DNA from: the human T2T-CHM13v2.0 reference genome, Homo sapiens
NCBI RefSeq assembly: GCF_009914755.1
Contig: NC_060926.1
Direction: 5' to 3' (one strand)
DNA length: 64,000 bases
The notes under the pieces were generated by a model, which saw nothing but the letters and a program-made list of their open reading frames with translations, was not told where the DNA came from and made no database searches. Positions within the stretch are counted from its first letter, which is position 1. Each line of letters begins with the position of its first letter. Shown here piece by piece: positions 42,682 to 59,300 of this stretch. A program made the translations under genes and the position numbers.

Positions 42682-44974
42682 TGAAGGGCTTATCTGTAAA
42701 CTGGACCTGGCCAAGTAAAGAATCAGTAAGCTTGAAAATAGGTCAACAGAAACTTCTCAAACTGAAATGCAAAGAGAAAATAGAGTGAATGAGCAGAATA
42801 GAATATCTAAGAACTGTGGGATAATTTTTAAACTCTAATATGTATATAATTGCAATATAAGAAGGAGAAGAAAAAGAAACAAAAGAAAAATTTAAAGTAA
42901 TAATGATCATGCATTTTCCAAAGTTAATGACAGACACTAAACCCTAGATCCAAGAAGCTCAGAGAACAGCAAGTACAATAAATATCAAAAACCAATCCTA
43001 GGCATATCCTATTCAATCTTCAGAAAACCAAAGACTAAGAGAAAATCTTAAAAGAATCCAGAGAGTTTGGGGGACAGCTTACCCATAGAGGGTCAAGGAC
43101 AAGAATTAGAACAGATTTGTCATCAGAAACCATTAGGGGAATAAACTACGTAACGAATTGGAAGGCATAATGACCAAACTAGAATTTTATAGCCAGCAAA
43201 ATTATCCTTCAAAAGTGAATGACAAATAAAAGACTTTCTCTGACAAACAAAAAAGGGAATTCATTTTTAGCAGAACTACTTGGGAAGAAATATTGAAAGA
43301 AGTTTTTGTTGGGAGAAGGGAAATGATATAGGTCTGAAACTCAGATCTATTTAAAGAGTGTTAAAAAAAAGGCATAAAAAAGTTAAATGAAATATTTTGT
43401 TTACCTTATTTTTCATCAAGCTAATAGATAACCATTGGCCTAAAGGAAATATAGTAATTGTCTTCTGTGAGTGCAGCACATGAACAAGTGAGATGAATGA
43501 CAGCAATGTCATAAGGGGTGAGATGGAGAAATTTGGAGTGCTTTGTTCTAAGTTTCTGTGCTATATGTGAAGTACTATATATTATTTGACAGTGGACTTG
43601 CATTAGTTGTAAATGTATATTGCAAACTCTATAGCAACTGCTATAAAAATTTAAAATAAAATACAATTAAGATATGAGAGTGAATAAAATAGAATCATAT
43701 AAATTGTTCAATTAAAACCAGAGAATGCATAAAAAGGGAAGAAAAAAACTGAACAGAGTAAGTGATCTTATAGAAAACAGTTATAAACATGATAAATACT
43801 ATTCCAACTATATCAATAATCACTTTAAACTTGGGTGATCTAAATGTATCAATTGAAAGAAAGAGATTGTCAGAGGGATTTTTTTTAAGAAAGACCCTAC
43901 TGTACATTGTCTATCATAAAATGTGATGTGCGAGATACATCCTCAGGTCTGATCAAAGTAAAGGGATGGAGGAAGATATACCATGCCAACATTAATCAAA
44001 AGAAAGCTTGAGTAGTATTTTAACTTCAGACAAATCAGATTTCAGAAAAGTATATAAATATTATTTGGAATCAAGACAGGCATTACAAAATGATAAAAGG
44101 GGTCAATTCTCCAAAATGACCTAACAATGTTTGACATGTATGTACCTAACAAGAGAACAAGATGCAAGAGACAATTACTTACACAATTACAAGGAGAACT
44201 AGGGAAATCTTTTTTGTACTTAGAGACTTCAACAGTTCTCTTTTTGTAATTGATAGAACAAGTAAGCAGAAAATTAGGAACAGGGTTGACCTGAATAGCA
44301 TTATCATTCAACTTGTTCTAACTGACACTTAAAGAATACTGCATCCAACAGCAAAATACACATTTTTCTCACAGTCACATGGAGCATTTACCAAAATAGA
44401 CCACATTCCCAGGCATGAATTACACCTTAACAAATTTAAAAGTATAGAAATCATAGAAAATATGCTGTCAGATCACAGTGGAATTAAACTGGAAATCAAA
44501 AACAGGAACACAGATGGGAGATTCCAAAATATTTGGAGTTAAAACAACACATTTCTAAATAACACATGGAAAAATAGAAGTCACAGAGAAATTTTAAAAA
44601 AATAGTTTGAACTAAATGAAAATGAAAATACAACTTATTAAAATTTGTGGTATATGACGAAAGCAGTGTTTAGAAGAAAATATATAATATTAGATGAATA
44701 TATTAGAAAAGAAAAAATGATCTAACATAAGTAATCCAAACGTACTCTTTAGGAAACTGGAGAAATAAAGGCTATTTAATTGTAAAGCAAGCAGAAAAAG
44801 AAACATAATAATAGAATAGAAATCAATGAATTTAAAAAGAGAAAAACAATGGGAAAAATAATAAAATAAAAAACTGATTTAAAAGGTCAATAAAATGTAG
44901 GCATCTTTAGGCAGACTAACCATGAATAAAATAAGGTGGTGCAATTTAGTAATGTCAGAAATGAAAAAGAGATC

Positions 44975-45415
44975 AAGGGAAGCTGAAAAATGGCCTCCCT
45001 CCAAAGACCTTCTTCCTGGAATTTATGAATATGTTGGTACCTTACATGGCAAAATTGACTTTGCAGATGTGATTGCATTAAGAATCTTAAGATAGGGTGA
45101 TTATTCTGGATGCATGAGTACAATCACAAGGTCTTTATGAGAGGGAGGCAGAAAGTCAGAGGGGAGACAAAAGATTATGCAGCTTTATTTGAAGATGGCT
45201 GAAAGGGCCACATGCAGCCTCTAAAAGCTGGAATAGGCAAGAATGGATTTTCTTCTCGTGCCTCCAGAAGGAACGAGTCATGCCAACATCTTGATTTTAG
45301 ACCTGTAAATGTCTTGACGACTTCTGTTCTTCAGTACTGAAAGAAAATAAATGTATGCTGTTTAAGCAGCTGTGTTTCAGGGAATTTGCTACAGTAGCAA
45401 TAGGAACCTAATACA
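44975..45415 (+). mobile_element. MLT1C/D MaLR LTR
   Basis: ccttacatggcaaaattgactttgcagatgtgatt...gcctccagaagg...taggaacctaataca. Confidence 0.85.
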
Positions 45416-45457
45416 GAGGTCATCACTACTGAAACCACCAATGAAAAAAAGATAGTA

Positions 45458-46488
45458 GGGTGCCTGTTCACTCTGATGATAGTTTCTTTTGCTGTGCTGA
45501 AGCTCTTTAGTTTAATTAGATCCAATTTGTCAATTTGCAAACTACTGAATGGGAGAAAATTTTTGCAATCTGTCCATCTGACAAATGGCTAATATCCAGA
45601 ATCTACAAAGAACTTAAACAAATTTACAAGAAAAAAACAAACAACCCCATCAAAAAGTGAGCGAAGGATATGAACAGACACTTCTCCAAAGAAAACATTT
45701 ATGCAGCCAACAAATATATGAAAAAAAGCTCATCATCACTGATCATTAAAGAAATGCAAATCAAAACCACAATGAGATACCATCTCACGCCAGTTAGAAT
45801 GGCTATCATTAAAAAGTCAGGAAACAACAGATGCTGGAGAGGATGTGGAGAAATAGGAACACTTTTACACTGTCGGTGGGAGTGTAAATTAGTTCAACCA
45901 TTGTGGAAGACAGTGTGACAATTCCTCAAGGATCTAGAACCAGAAATACCATTTGACCCAGCAATCCCATTACCGGGTATATACACAAAGGATTATAAAT
46001 TATTCTATGATAAAGATACATGCACATGTATGTTTATTGCAGCACTATTCACAATAGCAAAGACTTGGAACCAACCCAAATGCCCATCATTGATAGACTG
46101 GATAAAGAAAATGTGGCAAATATATACCATGGAATACTATGCAGCCATAAAAAAGAATGAGTTAATTGTCCTTTGCAGGGACATGGATGAAGCTGGAAAC
46201 CATCATTCTCAGCAAACTAACTCAGGAACAGAAAACCAAACACTGCATGTTCTCGCTTATAAGTGGGAGTTGAACAATGAAAACACATGGACACAGGGAG
46301 GGAAACATCACACACCAGGACCTGTCTGGGGGTGGGGACCTAGGGGAGGGATAGCATTAGGAAAAAATACCTAATGTAGATGATGTGTTGATGAGTGCAG
46401 CAAACAACCACAGCATGTGTATACCTATGTAACAAACCTGCACATTATGCATATGTATCCCAGAACTTAAAGTATAATAATAATTTTT
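45458..46488 (+). mobile_element. 5'-truncated primate L1PA (about PA7-like) with 5' inversion
   Basis: ORF2 C-terminus ([15 protein letters not shown]...[34 protein letters not shown]) and 3' UTR; inverted piece 45458-45537; TSD aaaagatagta. Confidence 0.93.
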
Positions 46489-47973
46489 AAAAGATAGTAA
46501 AGGAATACTACAAACAACTCTATGTCCCAAAACTTGTAATTTAGAAAAAACAAATTAGTTTCTTGAAAGATACAAATCATTAAAACTCAAGTAGAAATAG
46601 ACAATCTCAATAGGCCTACATTCGTTAAATAAATTTAATCAGTAATTTAAATCCTTCCAAAAGAAAACACAGGTGTAGATCATTTTACTGGTGAATTCTA
46701 CTAAACATTTAAAAAAGAAATACCAGTTGTTTATAATTTCTTTCAGAAAGTAGAAGCAAGTACAGCTATACAATAACTTTGTAAATCTAAAACTATTCTA
46801 GGAATTAAATTTTTTAAAAATAAATAAAAAATGAAATGTAAAACAAAAACATATGTACGACCTTTTTGTTTTTTTAATTTTTTGATTCAATAAAAATTAA
46901 TTATCATGTTGGTATACATTTTTCTAAAATCCTTCAATTTCTGTGCCTACCTTGCCATGAACAAGTAGCACACAGGCTTGAGAGCCAGGATCATTCCACG
47001 AACTACATGGTTAGTTGCCTTGTTCCTACAGGACTGAATAGACTCACTTTCTTAAGTTAGTGTCACGAAACGCCCCAGTGGGTTTTTTATCCTGTGGCCT
47101 AGAAACATATTCTCGCCTCAGTCAGGACTGGAGTTAGTAAGACATTATTTGGCATGATTTCTGTTAATATTTATTGAATAAATAAAAAATGGAATAAATA
47201 ATGCTTTATTTGAAAAGCACCACTTAGATGAAAAAAGAAGAAAGACCAGATTTTCAATGAATTTAAATATATTTAGATCATTATATTACTCACCACATCA
47301 CTGACATCACACTCCTAGCTTTATATCTTGTGTAAAAATGGAGTAATTGGCCAAATGCCCTCATTTGAACAGGCATGGAATGCTGACAGACATCTACAGG
47401 GACCTGGGACAACTCAGCATTGCTGCATATGTAGGTCTGTGAGATAAAATAAAAGCACAGTCCCAGTTAAACTTAAATGTAGGTGACCAGCAAATAGTTT
47501 CTCAGTATAAGTGTGTCCCAAATATCATATATTTGCTTAATCTGGAAATGTTTATGCAGGGATTTTGATTTTCAAATAAATAGATAAGATGAATAGGCAG
47601 TGTATTAATTGATATTTGGCAAGTTCCCTATACCTGTTCCAAGACAGCCTGCCTATCTGCAATAAAAGAAGAACCCAGACCCACCTGAAAATTGACTATA
47701 TGTCCATTTAGTACTTTTGGTGGAGATTTTTTATATTATTATCTGTCACATAATTAGTTAGGGTTTGCTTTTTTCTTTATTCCCTAAAACAGTTTGTATA
47801 TGATTAGAAATATCTGTTTCTTGGTAGTTTGTAGAACTCTTGAAAACTCTGGACCTAAAGCTTTCTTTGTGAGAATATTTTAAAATATAAATGGAATTTC
47901 TTTAATAGGTGTAGTAGGACTTTCAGGATTTTCTTACTGTTCCCCTGGAAGAATTAAGAACTTTTGAATCCAG

Positions 47974-48283
47974 GGCTGGGCTCAGTGGCTCTCGTCTGTA
48001 ATACCAGCACTTTGGGAGGTTGAGGCAGGCAGATTACTTGAGGCCAGGAGTTCGAGACCAGCCTGGCCAACACGGTGAAACCCCGTGTCTGTTAATAATA
48101 CAAAAATTAGCTGGGCATGGTGGCATGTGCCCATAATCCCAGCTACTTGTGAGGCTGAGGCAGGAGAATTCTCCAACCTGGGAGGCAGAGGTTGCAGTGA
48201 GCCAAGACTGTGCAGTTCAGCCTGGGCCACAGAGTGATACTCTGGTCTTGAAAAAAAAAAAAAAAAAAAAAGAAAGAAAAAGA
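47974..48283 (+). mobile_element. Alu (S/J)
   Basis: ggctgggctcagtggct...aggagttcgagaccagcctggccaac..., A tail. Confidence 0.93.
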
Positions 48284-50050
48284 GAATGTTTTAATCCCAT
48301 GCATTAAAAAAGGAAAAGAAGCCTATTTGAAGGTAGCATGATTAAAAAACAAATAATGACAATGGTCCCTGGTATCCTGTTCTCCAACACCTTCACTGGT
48401 TTTAAAGTGGATGACAGAGCAGTCCAACCCACCATTTGCCTAATGTATAGCTGTGGATTACAAAGATGGAGTGTTAATAGCTCCTCCAGTGCTCTAGGCT
48501 GTATGGGTGACCATGTTCTCCATCCTGTGAAAGTAGTGAAGATAGATCTATGGTGTATTGTCCTAATTAGATAAATGCAATGCTAACTGCAATAGTCCCA
48601 GGTTGTTTCGATAGTTCAGCAAGTGTATGTTTCTTGCTTCTTCTGTCCATCATGAAAAAAACATGTTTTCATAGGTTATTCTCTTTAAAGTCCCTTACAT
48701 TGGTGGGGAGGGCTGGATGCATGTATTTAGAAAGAAAGAGAAGAGAGCATATCTCCCATTGACATAGCTTTTTCTAAATACAATAAAAAGAAAATAAAAT
48801 CAAACTACACTAAGATCAATTACCTTTTCTTAATGTAAAAGTTATAGCATTCCCTAGGAGAGGGTCACATCCATGGGAAACCTGCAGACAAAAAGAGGAA
48901 GTGATGAGTATCACAGGTAAAATTGTTCCATGTATAAAAGGTTTCTTTGCTGCCATTTCATTGCTGTCAAATCAGGAATGAAAAATAATATTATACACAA
49001 GAATAGGGAGCCAGTGACTTGATAAGCCATAGTATTTACTCAAGAAAATAAGGTCTATTTGTGTATGTATACTGACAGCTCTCAGTACTTTCTGCCAGGA
49101 GGGCTGATGCCTTTAACATGGGTAGAAACCCATGGCTTTTAGCTTCAAGGTGGTTTAAAAGGGAAGTGAGACGGAATTTTGAACACAGCAGGAAGTTTGT
49201 TATGGGAAGCCTTGGGGTCTTTCCAGTGCTGGTTCTCATTTTGGGAACTCACTTATTTATCACCATTATTGTCCATGTCTATAGCTTCAGCTCAGCAATA
49301 AGGGTGAAGTGCAAAGGAATTGGACTGTAAGTCAGTAAACTAGGCTTAGATTTCTACTATACCTCTTCTGACCTACAGATAAATGCTGTCCCTTGTTCTT
49401 TAAGAAAGACAAACCCAGAATGTTCATTTCAGCCCAAGAAGATTTGCAAACAACAGCTGGTATCGAAGCAATTTCCTTGAACCATTCACTCTCGACCAGG
49501 TTTTCTCATTCCAGCTTTGCTAATGATTTGTTCTTGTTTTTCACTACCCCCAACATCTTTGCCCTGAAATAAAACTTTGAACTCTATTTCTGGTATCTCC
49601 AGACTTAGTGCTTGTAGGTTCTTTTCCAGTTGAATTAAATATATGTAATGACACTCTTAGATCTAACAATGTGTAACATATGATATAAAGCATGTTATAT
49701 ACATGTTACATACATATATACAGTTATTTACAAAGCATTAAACGTTAACATACCAAGTTATAGACCAGGAACTTCTCAACTGAGTGACAATTTGTCTAAT
49801 ACTATCAGACTAGTACTATGGCCACAAATGGCTTGCCCCTCATTGGTGTACATAAGCAGATTTAGGGTATATGTTAGATTCAATATACCATGGCTTTGAC
49901 ATGAATCAAAAGCCACTGGTACCTTCAAGAACAGCACATTAACACCACCACTCCCACCCAAGTTAAAACATTTCCCTGTCTCCTTCCTTTGCGTACACAC
50001 ATTGTAGGCGCCGATTTTGGGCTGAGAATGCTCACACAATAGGAATCTCT

Positions 50051-50355
50051 TTATTTTTATTTTTTTATTTTTGAGACAGAGTCTCACTCTGTCACCCAGA
50101 CTGGAGTGCAAGTGGTGCAATCTCAGTTCACTGCAGCCTTGACCTCTCAGGCTGAAGAGATCCTCCCACCTGAGCCTCCCAAGTGGCTGGGACCACAGAT
50201 GTGCACCACCACGCCCAGCTAATTTTTGTATTTTTTGGAGAGAGGCGGTTTCACCATGTTGTCCAGGCTGGTCTCAAACTTCTGAGCTCAAGTGATCCAA
50301 CTGCCTCGACCTCCTAAACTGCTGGGGTTACAAGTGTGAACCACTGTGCCCTGCC
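50051..50355 (-). mobile_element. AluJ
   Basis: cactgcagccttgacctc...ggctgaagagatcctccc (J diagnostics); TSD-like aggaat. Confidence 0.92.
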
Positions 50356-53300
50356 AGGAATGTTATTTTTATACTGGTACCTTCAGCACCAGCATCTTCT
50401 GCTCTTTTTCTTAATATAGGACTTTGGCCTTTTTGTTCTTCCCTCCACTAGATGCATCTGCTTCCCTTCACCTATTTTACCAATTTTGATGCTTTTGTCT
50501 GTGACAGAATATCCAACCATAAGCAGTTTAAATAACATAGAGATGTATTGATGTACTTGAGAAATCTGACAACAGGGTTTTCTAGGGTTTGACAAAAGCT
50601 CAAGAATATCAGGACTTGAGGTTGACCTTTCTATGATAATCTTGGTCTTTCCCTCATTGATACAAAATGGCCACAGCAGCCTAAGTATCATATCCTGATA
50701 TGACAATTTTCCATGTAATAAAGAAGCAAAGAAGAGAGAAAAATAAGACTCTCTTCTCATACATTCTTTCTTATTAGGGAGAAACATTTTTTCTCATAAA
50801 CCTCTAGTAGACATAATCTTACATTTCATTGGCCAAAGATGGGTTGCAGTTCTCAAATCCACTACGAGAAAAGGGATTGGGATCACCAAAATTTACTTTG
50901 ACCAATCAGGATTTATCCCCATGTGACTGAACATACTGTTTTCCTACAAAAATGGGATCTCGTTATCAAAATTAGAGGTGAATAGCTGTTATTAAATCAA
51001 TTAACAATATCTACTACACCTAGATCAATGTGTAAATACCTGAGATACTAGTCACAGAGAATCTTTTGCTTAATTCATAGTCTTTATTCATGAATATTTT
51101 GTTCCCTGAATGAGTTTTATAAATTTTCTTTCTCTGGTGAACTTTCATAAGCCTTTCTGTCTAGAAGTCCAGAAGAGAGGTAGGCAGGCATTTTCTGCCT
51201 CTTTTTCCTCAGTATCCATTCTGTCCCATGGAACCCTCCATAATTTAATTCCTCCCAGCCAGTCCAGACCTGTACTTCTCCAGACACAGTTAATAAAAAT
51301 GTCCCTCTCCCTAACATTTGTAATTTCTTATTTTCTATCTCTAAAAATGACTCCTCCAGGATTCCTGGAAAAGAAGGTAGGAGTGACCCAGCTTGTGTGT
51401 TAGCCCCCAGTGCTTATAATTTTTGTGAGACACTTTGTGTTATATCTAGTATTTGAATTCTCCACAATTTCCTTTTTAAATCCATACTCTCACTGGGGTG
51501 CAGACAGCTCAAAGGTGTCTTGCCTGAGATAGGATGCTGGCTTCTTTCAGGCTGATTTAATTAAGGTTATTTGGATATAAGACACTGACATGCACTCTAA
51601 CTTACTGACATAAAAGAAGATGATTTTGGAAGGACAAGGGTTTATCTCAATGCACCCAAGATTAAGCGTATAGCTAAGTTGCACGAGGAACTAGGGAAAA
51701 AAGGAGCAAAGTTAGGAAATTAAATTATTCTCTCCTTCCTTTTCTCTCTTGTCTCTGCTAATTTCACTGCATCTGGTTCGTATTCTTTCAGCCAATCTGT
51801 TTACGTGCTTTTGTAGTGCTAACAGAGTAATGAAACATGGATAATCCATTACCAGATTTTCACTCCAAGGATTCAAAACCTTTATTATATTCTTGGTGAA
51901 CAAATTCCTTTTCAGAAAAATATGTTTAGTCCAGCTAAGACTGGGTATTCACCACAGTCCAGTCCCCTGGACCAAAAATTTGAGTCTTCTTATTATGGGT
52001 GCTACACCTGCCTCTTAAGCAGGACTTGTGGGTGAGAGCCCGCTGTCAGAGAAAGAGAGCAGAAAGCTACTCCGGGAAGTGTTTGCTGCAGAGAACACAA
52101 CTGTTGTCCGAGTTAGCAACTCCTGCTGGCCTAGGCTTGTTTCCTGGCCTAGATTTCCTTCCTTAGATACTGTTATATTGCCCCAGGGATCATATCACCT
52201 TGGACCGTACTTCAGATTTCCAGAAGTTGTCCAGCTGGCTTCTGTGCTCGCTACTCTCACTGCATTTATCCAATCCTAATCTGTGTATAAAATTATGTAT
52301 TTAACATGTTGAGATTTGCATTTCTACTAATCACTCTCTGTGAGTTAATGAACTGGACAAAATCTTTTTCCCAGTTGGATCAACAAATCCTCCCTCATGG
52401 GCTCCTGGGCCTCTGATGGTGCCCTCTACCGCTGATTTTACTCTCCATCTGGACTGCAGGAGACAAAATCACTTGATAGCAATAGCAGGCCCAAAGAGCA
52501 TCCAGATAAGAGTTAGCTAAACCAAGCTACTGTATTTCCTAACATCCCTGGATATAACTTCATAATTCGCCCCTTTTAGCTTTAACAGAGTTATTTCCTC
52601 TTTACCTCCAAAACTCCTACCATCAAACCATATTTGTCTAGTCTTCTTAAGTAGCTTTTAAAGTACACCTCCAGGATGCCATTGCCTACCGGTATAAATC
52701 TTTGTTAAGTTTTGTGTGTATATTTGGCATTAAGATTAATTTGTGAGTTTTCTTCTCATGTATAAAGCAGAATTTCTCAAAATCTCATCTCTTGGTATAG
52801 TCCTTTTATGAGTTTCATTAGCTACCCCTAGATTTGCTTAATTTTGTTGTATATGTATATTTTGGAACTATGCCTTCCATGGTTAAATTAAGCACTGAAT
52901 TATGCAAACTTAACGCTGGTTTCTTCACTGCAAGATTTTTGTAAGTCATTATATGCAAATGTGTTAGGAAAATAAAATAAGTAATAAAAGAAAAATAAAA
53001 GAAGGTTTGCAGGTCATCAGGTATTTGGTCACAGGAAGCTTTTGTGTGCTTGTCTGTGTGTCTCTATTTGGGAGAAATACCAATTTGTAGATCACAAGGT
53101 TAATACAGTTTTAATAATAGTCTAAAGCATGGTTTTTCAAAGCATGGGTTGCAGTTTGTTGGTGGTTGAATTCAGTGGGTAACAACTAACATAATTTTCT
53201 AAAGGAAAGTAGATAGAATCGAATAGAAAATGCCACAGTATACTTCACAAATTTAGGGAAATACTGTTTTGTGAAATTTTTATTTTAGTTATGTATGCAT

Positions 53301-54289
53301 GTAGGAACGGTGTGGAGATATAAAATTTATTTTTTATTATGAATAGCAGTCAAACTTTTGAATGCCAATAATATAAAGCATACAGTTTTAGGTAACTATG
53401 GGCAGATGAAACAAATTACCACTAGAGGGAGAGTTGGACCAGCGCTGAGTATGGTAACTGGGAAAATGAGAAGCATGAGCTGGATCCTTCCAAGAACAGA
53501 AGGGGTTAGAAAAAAAGACATAAGGAAAAGAAAAGTTTAATCTACTCCTACACTCTCTAAGATTACATATCTGCTACAGTAGCACATCACAGGGAACTGA
53601 AGGAGAAAATCTTGAAAATGAAAATGCACAGTGTGTAAATAACAGAGGGGTTGGAACTGGGTAGATCATCTGTGTCACTAGCTAACTAGAGTCAGAAGTC
53701 TGTGCTGCAGAAAGCTATATATGCAGGAATAAGTCAGAGAGACCTAAGACTCGAATGCTTCTTATGGCTTCTGAAATTATGAGTCGTGTGATTGCCTAGA
53801 GAGTCATTTGTCTTTTTTTTTTTTCTTTTATCTTGTCTTGGCTACTCAGAATGAAAATGTTTCCTATGTGTTGAGAAATGTCCCTTGGTGTAGTTCATAG
53901 TGAGAGGCAGGATCACAGCTCCCACTACAGAAGCAAAGGAAGCAGATATTCTCAATTTCCCAGCTGTCTGGAGGCTATAGCCCTGAGATATGATTGAGGC
54001 ATGCCAATGGGATGCCCCAGCCAGGGGGTGACACGGAGATTATTAGATAATTCATAATGGCTGTGAGCTGGGGCCCCACAGTGGTGATAATAAGAGCACA
54101 ATGGTTGTGGTTTGCTTTAAGCTTTATAATCAAATGGCTCTAACTACATGATCTCACTTGTATTTTTAGCTGCCAAACTTTCCTGGTTCCTTCTTGTTTT
54201 CCAGACCTGGCTCCCCAGCATCCCAATGAGTCTTTGACATGATGAAGAACTTTCATATTTTGCTTATTTTGATTTTAGAGTCTTATCTA

Positions 54290-56368
<2,079 letters not shown>

Positions 56369-56381
56369 CAAATTTAGGAGA

Positions 56382-59300
56382 GAAGTGGCAAAGCGAGATG
56401 GTGGAATAGAAGGTTCCACTGATTGTCCTCCCTGCAAGGACACCAATTTAATAACTATCTACATGAAAAAATCACCTTCATAAGAACCAAAAACTAACTG
56501 AGTACTCACAGTATCTGGTTTTAACTTTATATTGTTAAAAGAGGCACTGAAGAGGTAGAAAAAAGTCTTGAATTACCAACACCAAACTTCCCAAGCTTCC
56601 CCCATCCCCCACCCCAACAGCAGTGGTGGGGTGCAGAGAGCATTTCTGTGCACTGGGGAAGGCAGCACAGCAATTGAGACATTGGACTCAGTGCTGATGT
56701 GTTACAGCAGAAAGGAAAACCAGACCAAACTCTGCTGATGCTCACCCATGGAGGGAGCATTTAAACCAGTCCTAGCCAGAGGGGAATCACAGATCCCACA
56801 GGAGGGAACTTGAGTTCCCATAAACCTCATCACCGAGGGCGGAAGTGCTCTTGGGCTCTAAATAAACCCAAAAGACAGTCTAGGCCACAAGGACTGCAAC
56901 TCCTAAGACAGTCCCAATGCTAAACTAACCCCAGAGACAATGGACTGGGGAGCACATGACCTACTGAAACAACAGCAAGGATGGCTAAGAGAGTACTGGC
57001 ATCGGTCCTCCCCTAACCCCAGGCTGCAGAACTTGCAGGTCCAAAGAGACCCCTTCCTTCTGCTTGAGGAGAAGAGAGGGAAGAGTGGGGAGGACTTGGT
57101 CTTGCATCTTGGATACCAGCTCAGCCACAGCAGGATAGAGAATGGGTCAGAGTCATGAGGCCCCCTTTCCAGGCCCTAGTTCAAGGAGGACATTTCTAGA
57201 CACACCCTGGGTCAAAAGGGAACCTGCTGCCTTGAAGGGAATTACTCAGTCCAGGCAGAATTCATCATCTGCTAACTGAACAGCCCTTGGGCCCTGAATA
57301 AACAGTAGTGATAACCAGGTACTACATCCAGGGCCTTGGGTGAGCCTCTGAGACTTGCTGGCTTCAGGTGAGACTCAGCACATAATCAGCTGCAGCAGCT
57401 ACATGACAAGACTCCTTCTGCTTGAGAAAAGCAGAGGGAAAAGTAAAAGAGACTTCGTCTTGCACCATATGTACAAGCTTGGCCACAAAGCAGTAGCACA
57501 CCAAGCAGATTCTTGGGATCCCTGATTCCAGAACTTGGCTCTTGGATTGCATTTCTTGACCCCCCTGGGCCAGAGGGGAGTGCACTGCTCTGAAGACAGA
57601 TTCCTAGGCCAGACAGAATTCACCACAAGTTGACTTAAGAGCCCTTGGGCCTTAAGAGAATATCAGGTAGAACACTCCTATGGGCCAGTGGTGGTGGTGG
57701 CCATGGGGTAAGGCTCCTCTGTTTTTGGAAATGGGAGGAAATGGTGAGAAGGACAGCATCTTCTGGTTTAAGTGCCAGCTCAGGCACAGTACAGTAAAAC
57801 ACTAGGTAGACTTCTAAGGTTTCTAACTCTAGTCCCTGGTTACTGGAAAGCATATCTGGACCTGCCTGGGATCTGGGGGAGCTCACCATCCTGAAGCGAA
57901 GGACACAGTCCTGGCTGGTTTTGCCACCTGCTTATTGTAGAGCCCCAGAGCCTTGAGTGAACATAGGCAGTGATCACAGCAGGTCTTGCGTGAGACCCAA
58001 TGTTGTGCTGGCTTCAGGTCTGACCCAGCACAATCATAGTGGTAGTGGCTACAGGGGTGCTTGTGTCACTCCACCCTCAGTTTCACGTGACTCAGAAAGA
58101 GAGAGACTCTGTTTGCTTGGGCGAAAGTAAGGAAAAAGAACAAGAGCTGCTACCTGGTAATACAGAGAATTCTTCCAGATCCTGTCCAAGAACATCAAGG
58201 CAGTACCTCTATGAGTATGCAAGAACCACAGTATTACTGGGCTTGGGTGCCTCCTAAAGCAGATACGGCTTAGATTACAACATCCAACTCCTTTTGAATA
58301 ACTGGAAACCTTTCCTAAGAAGAACAGGTAAAAATAAGCCCAGACTTCCAAGGCTATAATAAATACCTATCTCTTCAATGCTTGGACACAGAAGAACATC
58401 TACAGGTATCAAGACAATCCAGGAAACTTTACAGTGGAAACATTACATGCCAACAGAGAGTGGCATGGCATATTTAAAGTGTTGAAGGAAAAAAAAAACA
58501 GGAAAACTTTTATCCTAGAATAGTATATCCGTTTAAAATATTCTTCAAATATGAAGGAGAAATATTTAACCAGTTAACAAAAGCTGAGGGATTTCATCAA
58601 CACTAGACCTTTTCTGCAAGAAATGTTAGAGGGAGTATTTTAATCAGAAAGAGAAGGATGTTGATGAGCAATAAGTAATCACCTGAAGGTGCAAAACCCA
58701 CTGATAATAGTAAGCACACAGAAAAACACAGAGTATTATAATACCATAACTGTGGTGTGTAAACTACTCTTATTCTTTGTAGAAAGATTAAATGATGAAC
58801 CAATTAAAAATAATAGCTACAACAACTTTTCAAGACACAGAAAGTACAATAAGGTAAAAATAGAAACAAAATGTTAAAAAGGGGTGGGGGGACAAAGGTA
58901 AGGCATAGAGTCTTTATTTATTTTCTTTTTGTTTCTTTGTTTATGCAAACAGTGTTAAGTTGTTATTAGCTTAAAATAATGGATTATAAGATAGTATTTG
59001 CAAGGCTCATGTTAACTTCAAACCAAAAAACATACGATGGATACACACACACAAAAAAAGAAAGAAATGAAATTGCATCACCAGAGAAAATCACCTTCAC
59101 TAAAAAGAAGACAGGAAGGAAATAAAGGAGGAAGAGAAGACCACAAAATAACCAGAAAACAGATAACAAAATGAAGAGTGAGTCCTTACTTATCAATAAT
59201 AACATTGGATATAAATAGACTTAATTCTACAATCAAAAGACATAGAGTGATGAAATGGATAAAATAAAAAGGCCCATTGATCTGTTGTCTAAAAAACACA

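Noticed and set aside
45670-46374. ORFs resembling the L1 ORF2p C-terminus
   Set aside because: Fragments of a truncated, mutated L1PA; no functional protein.
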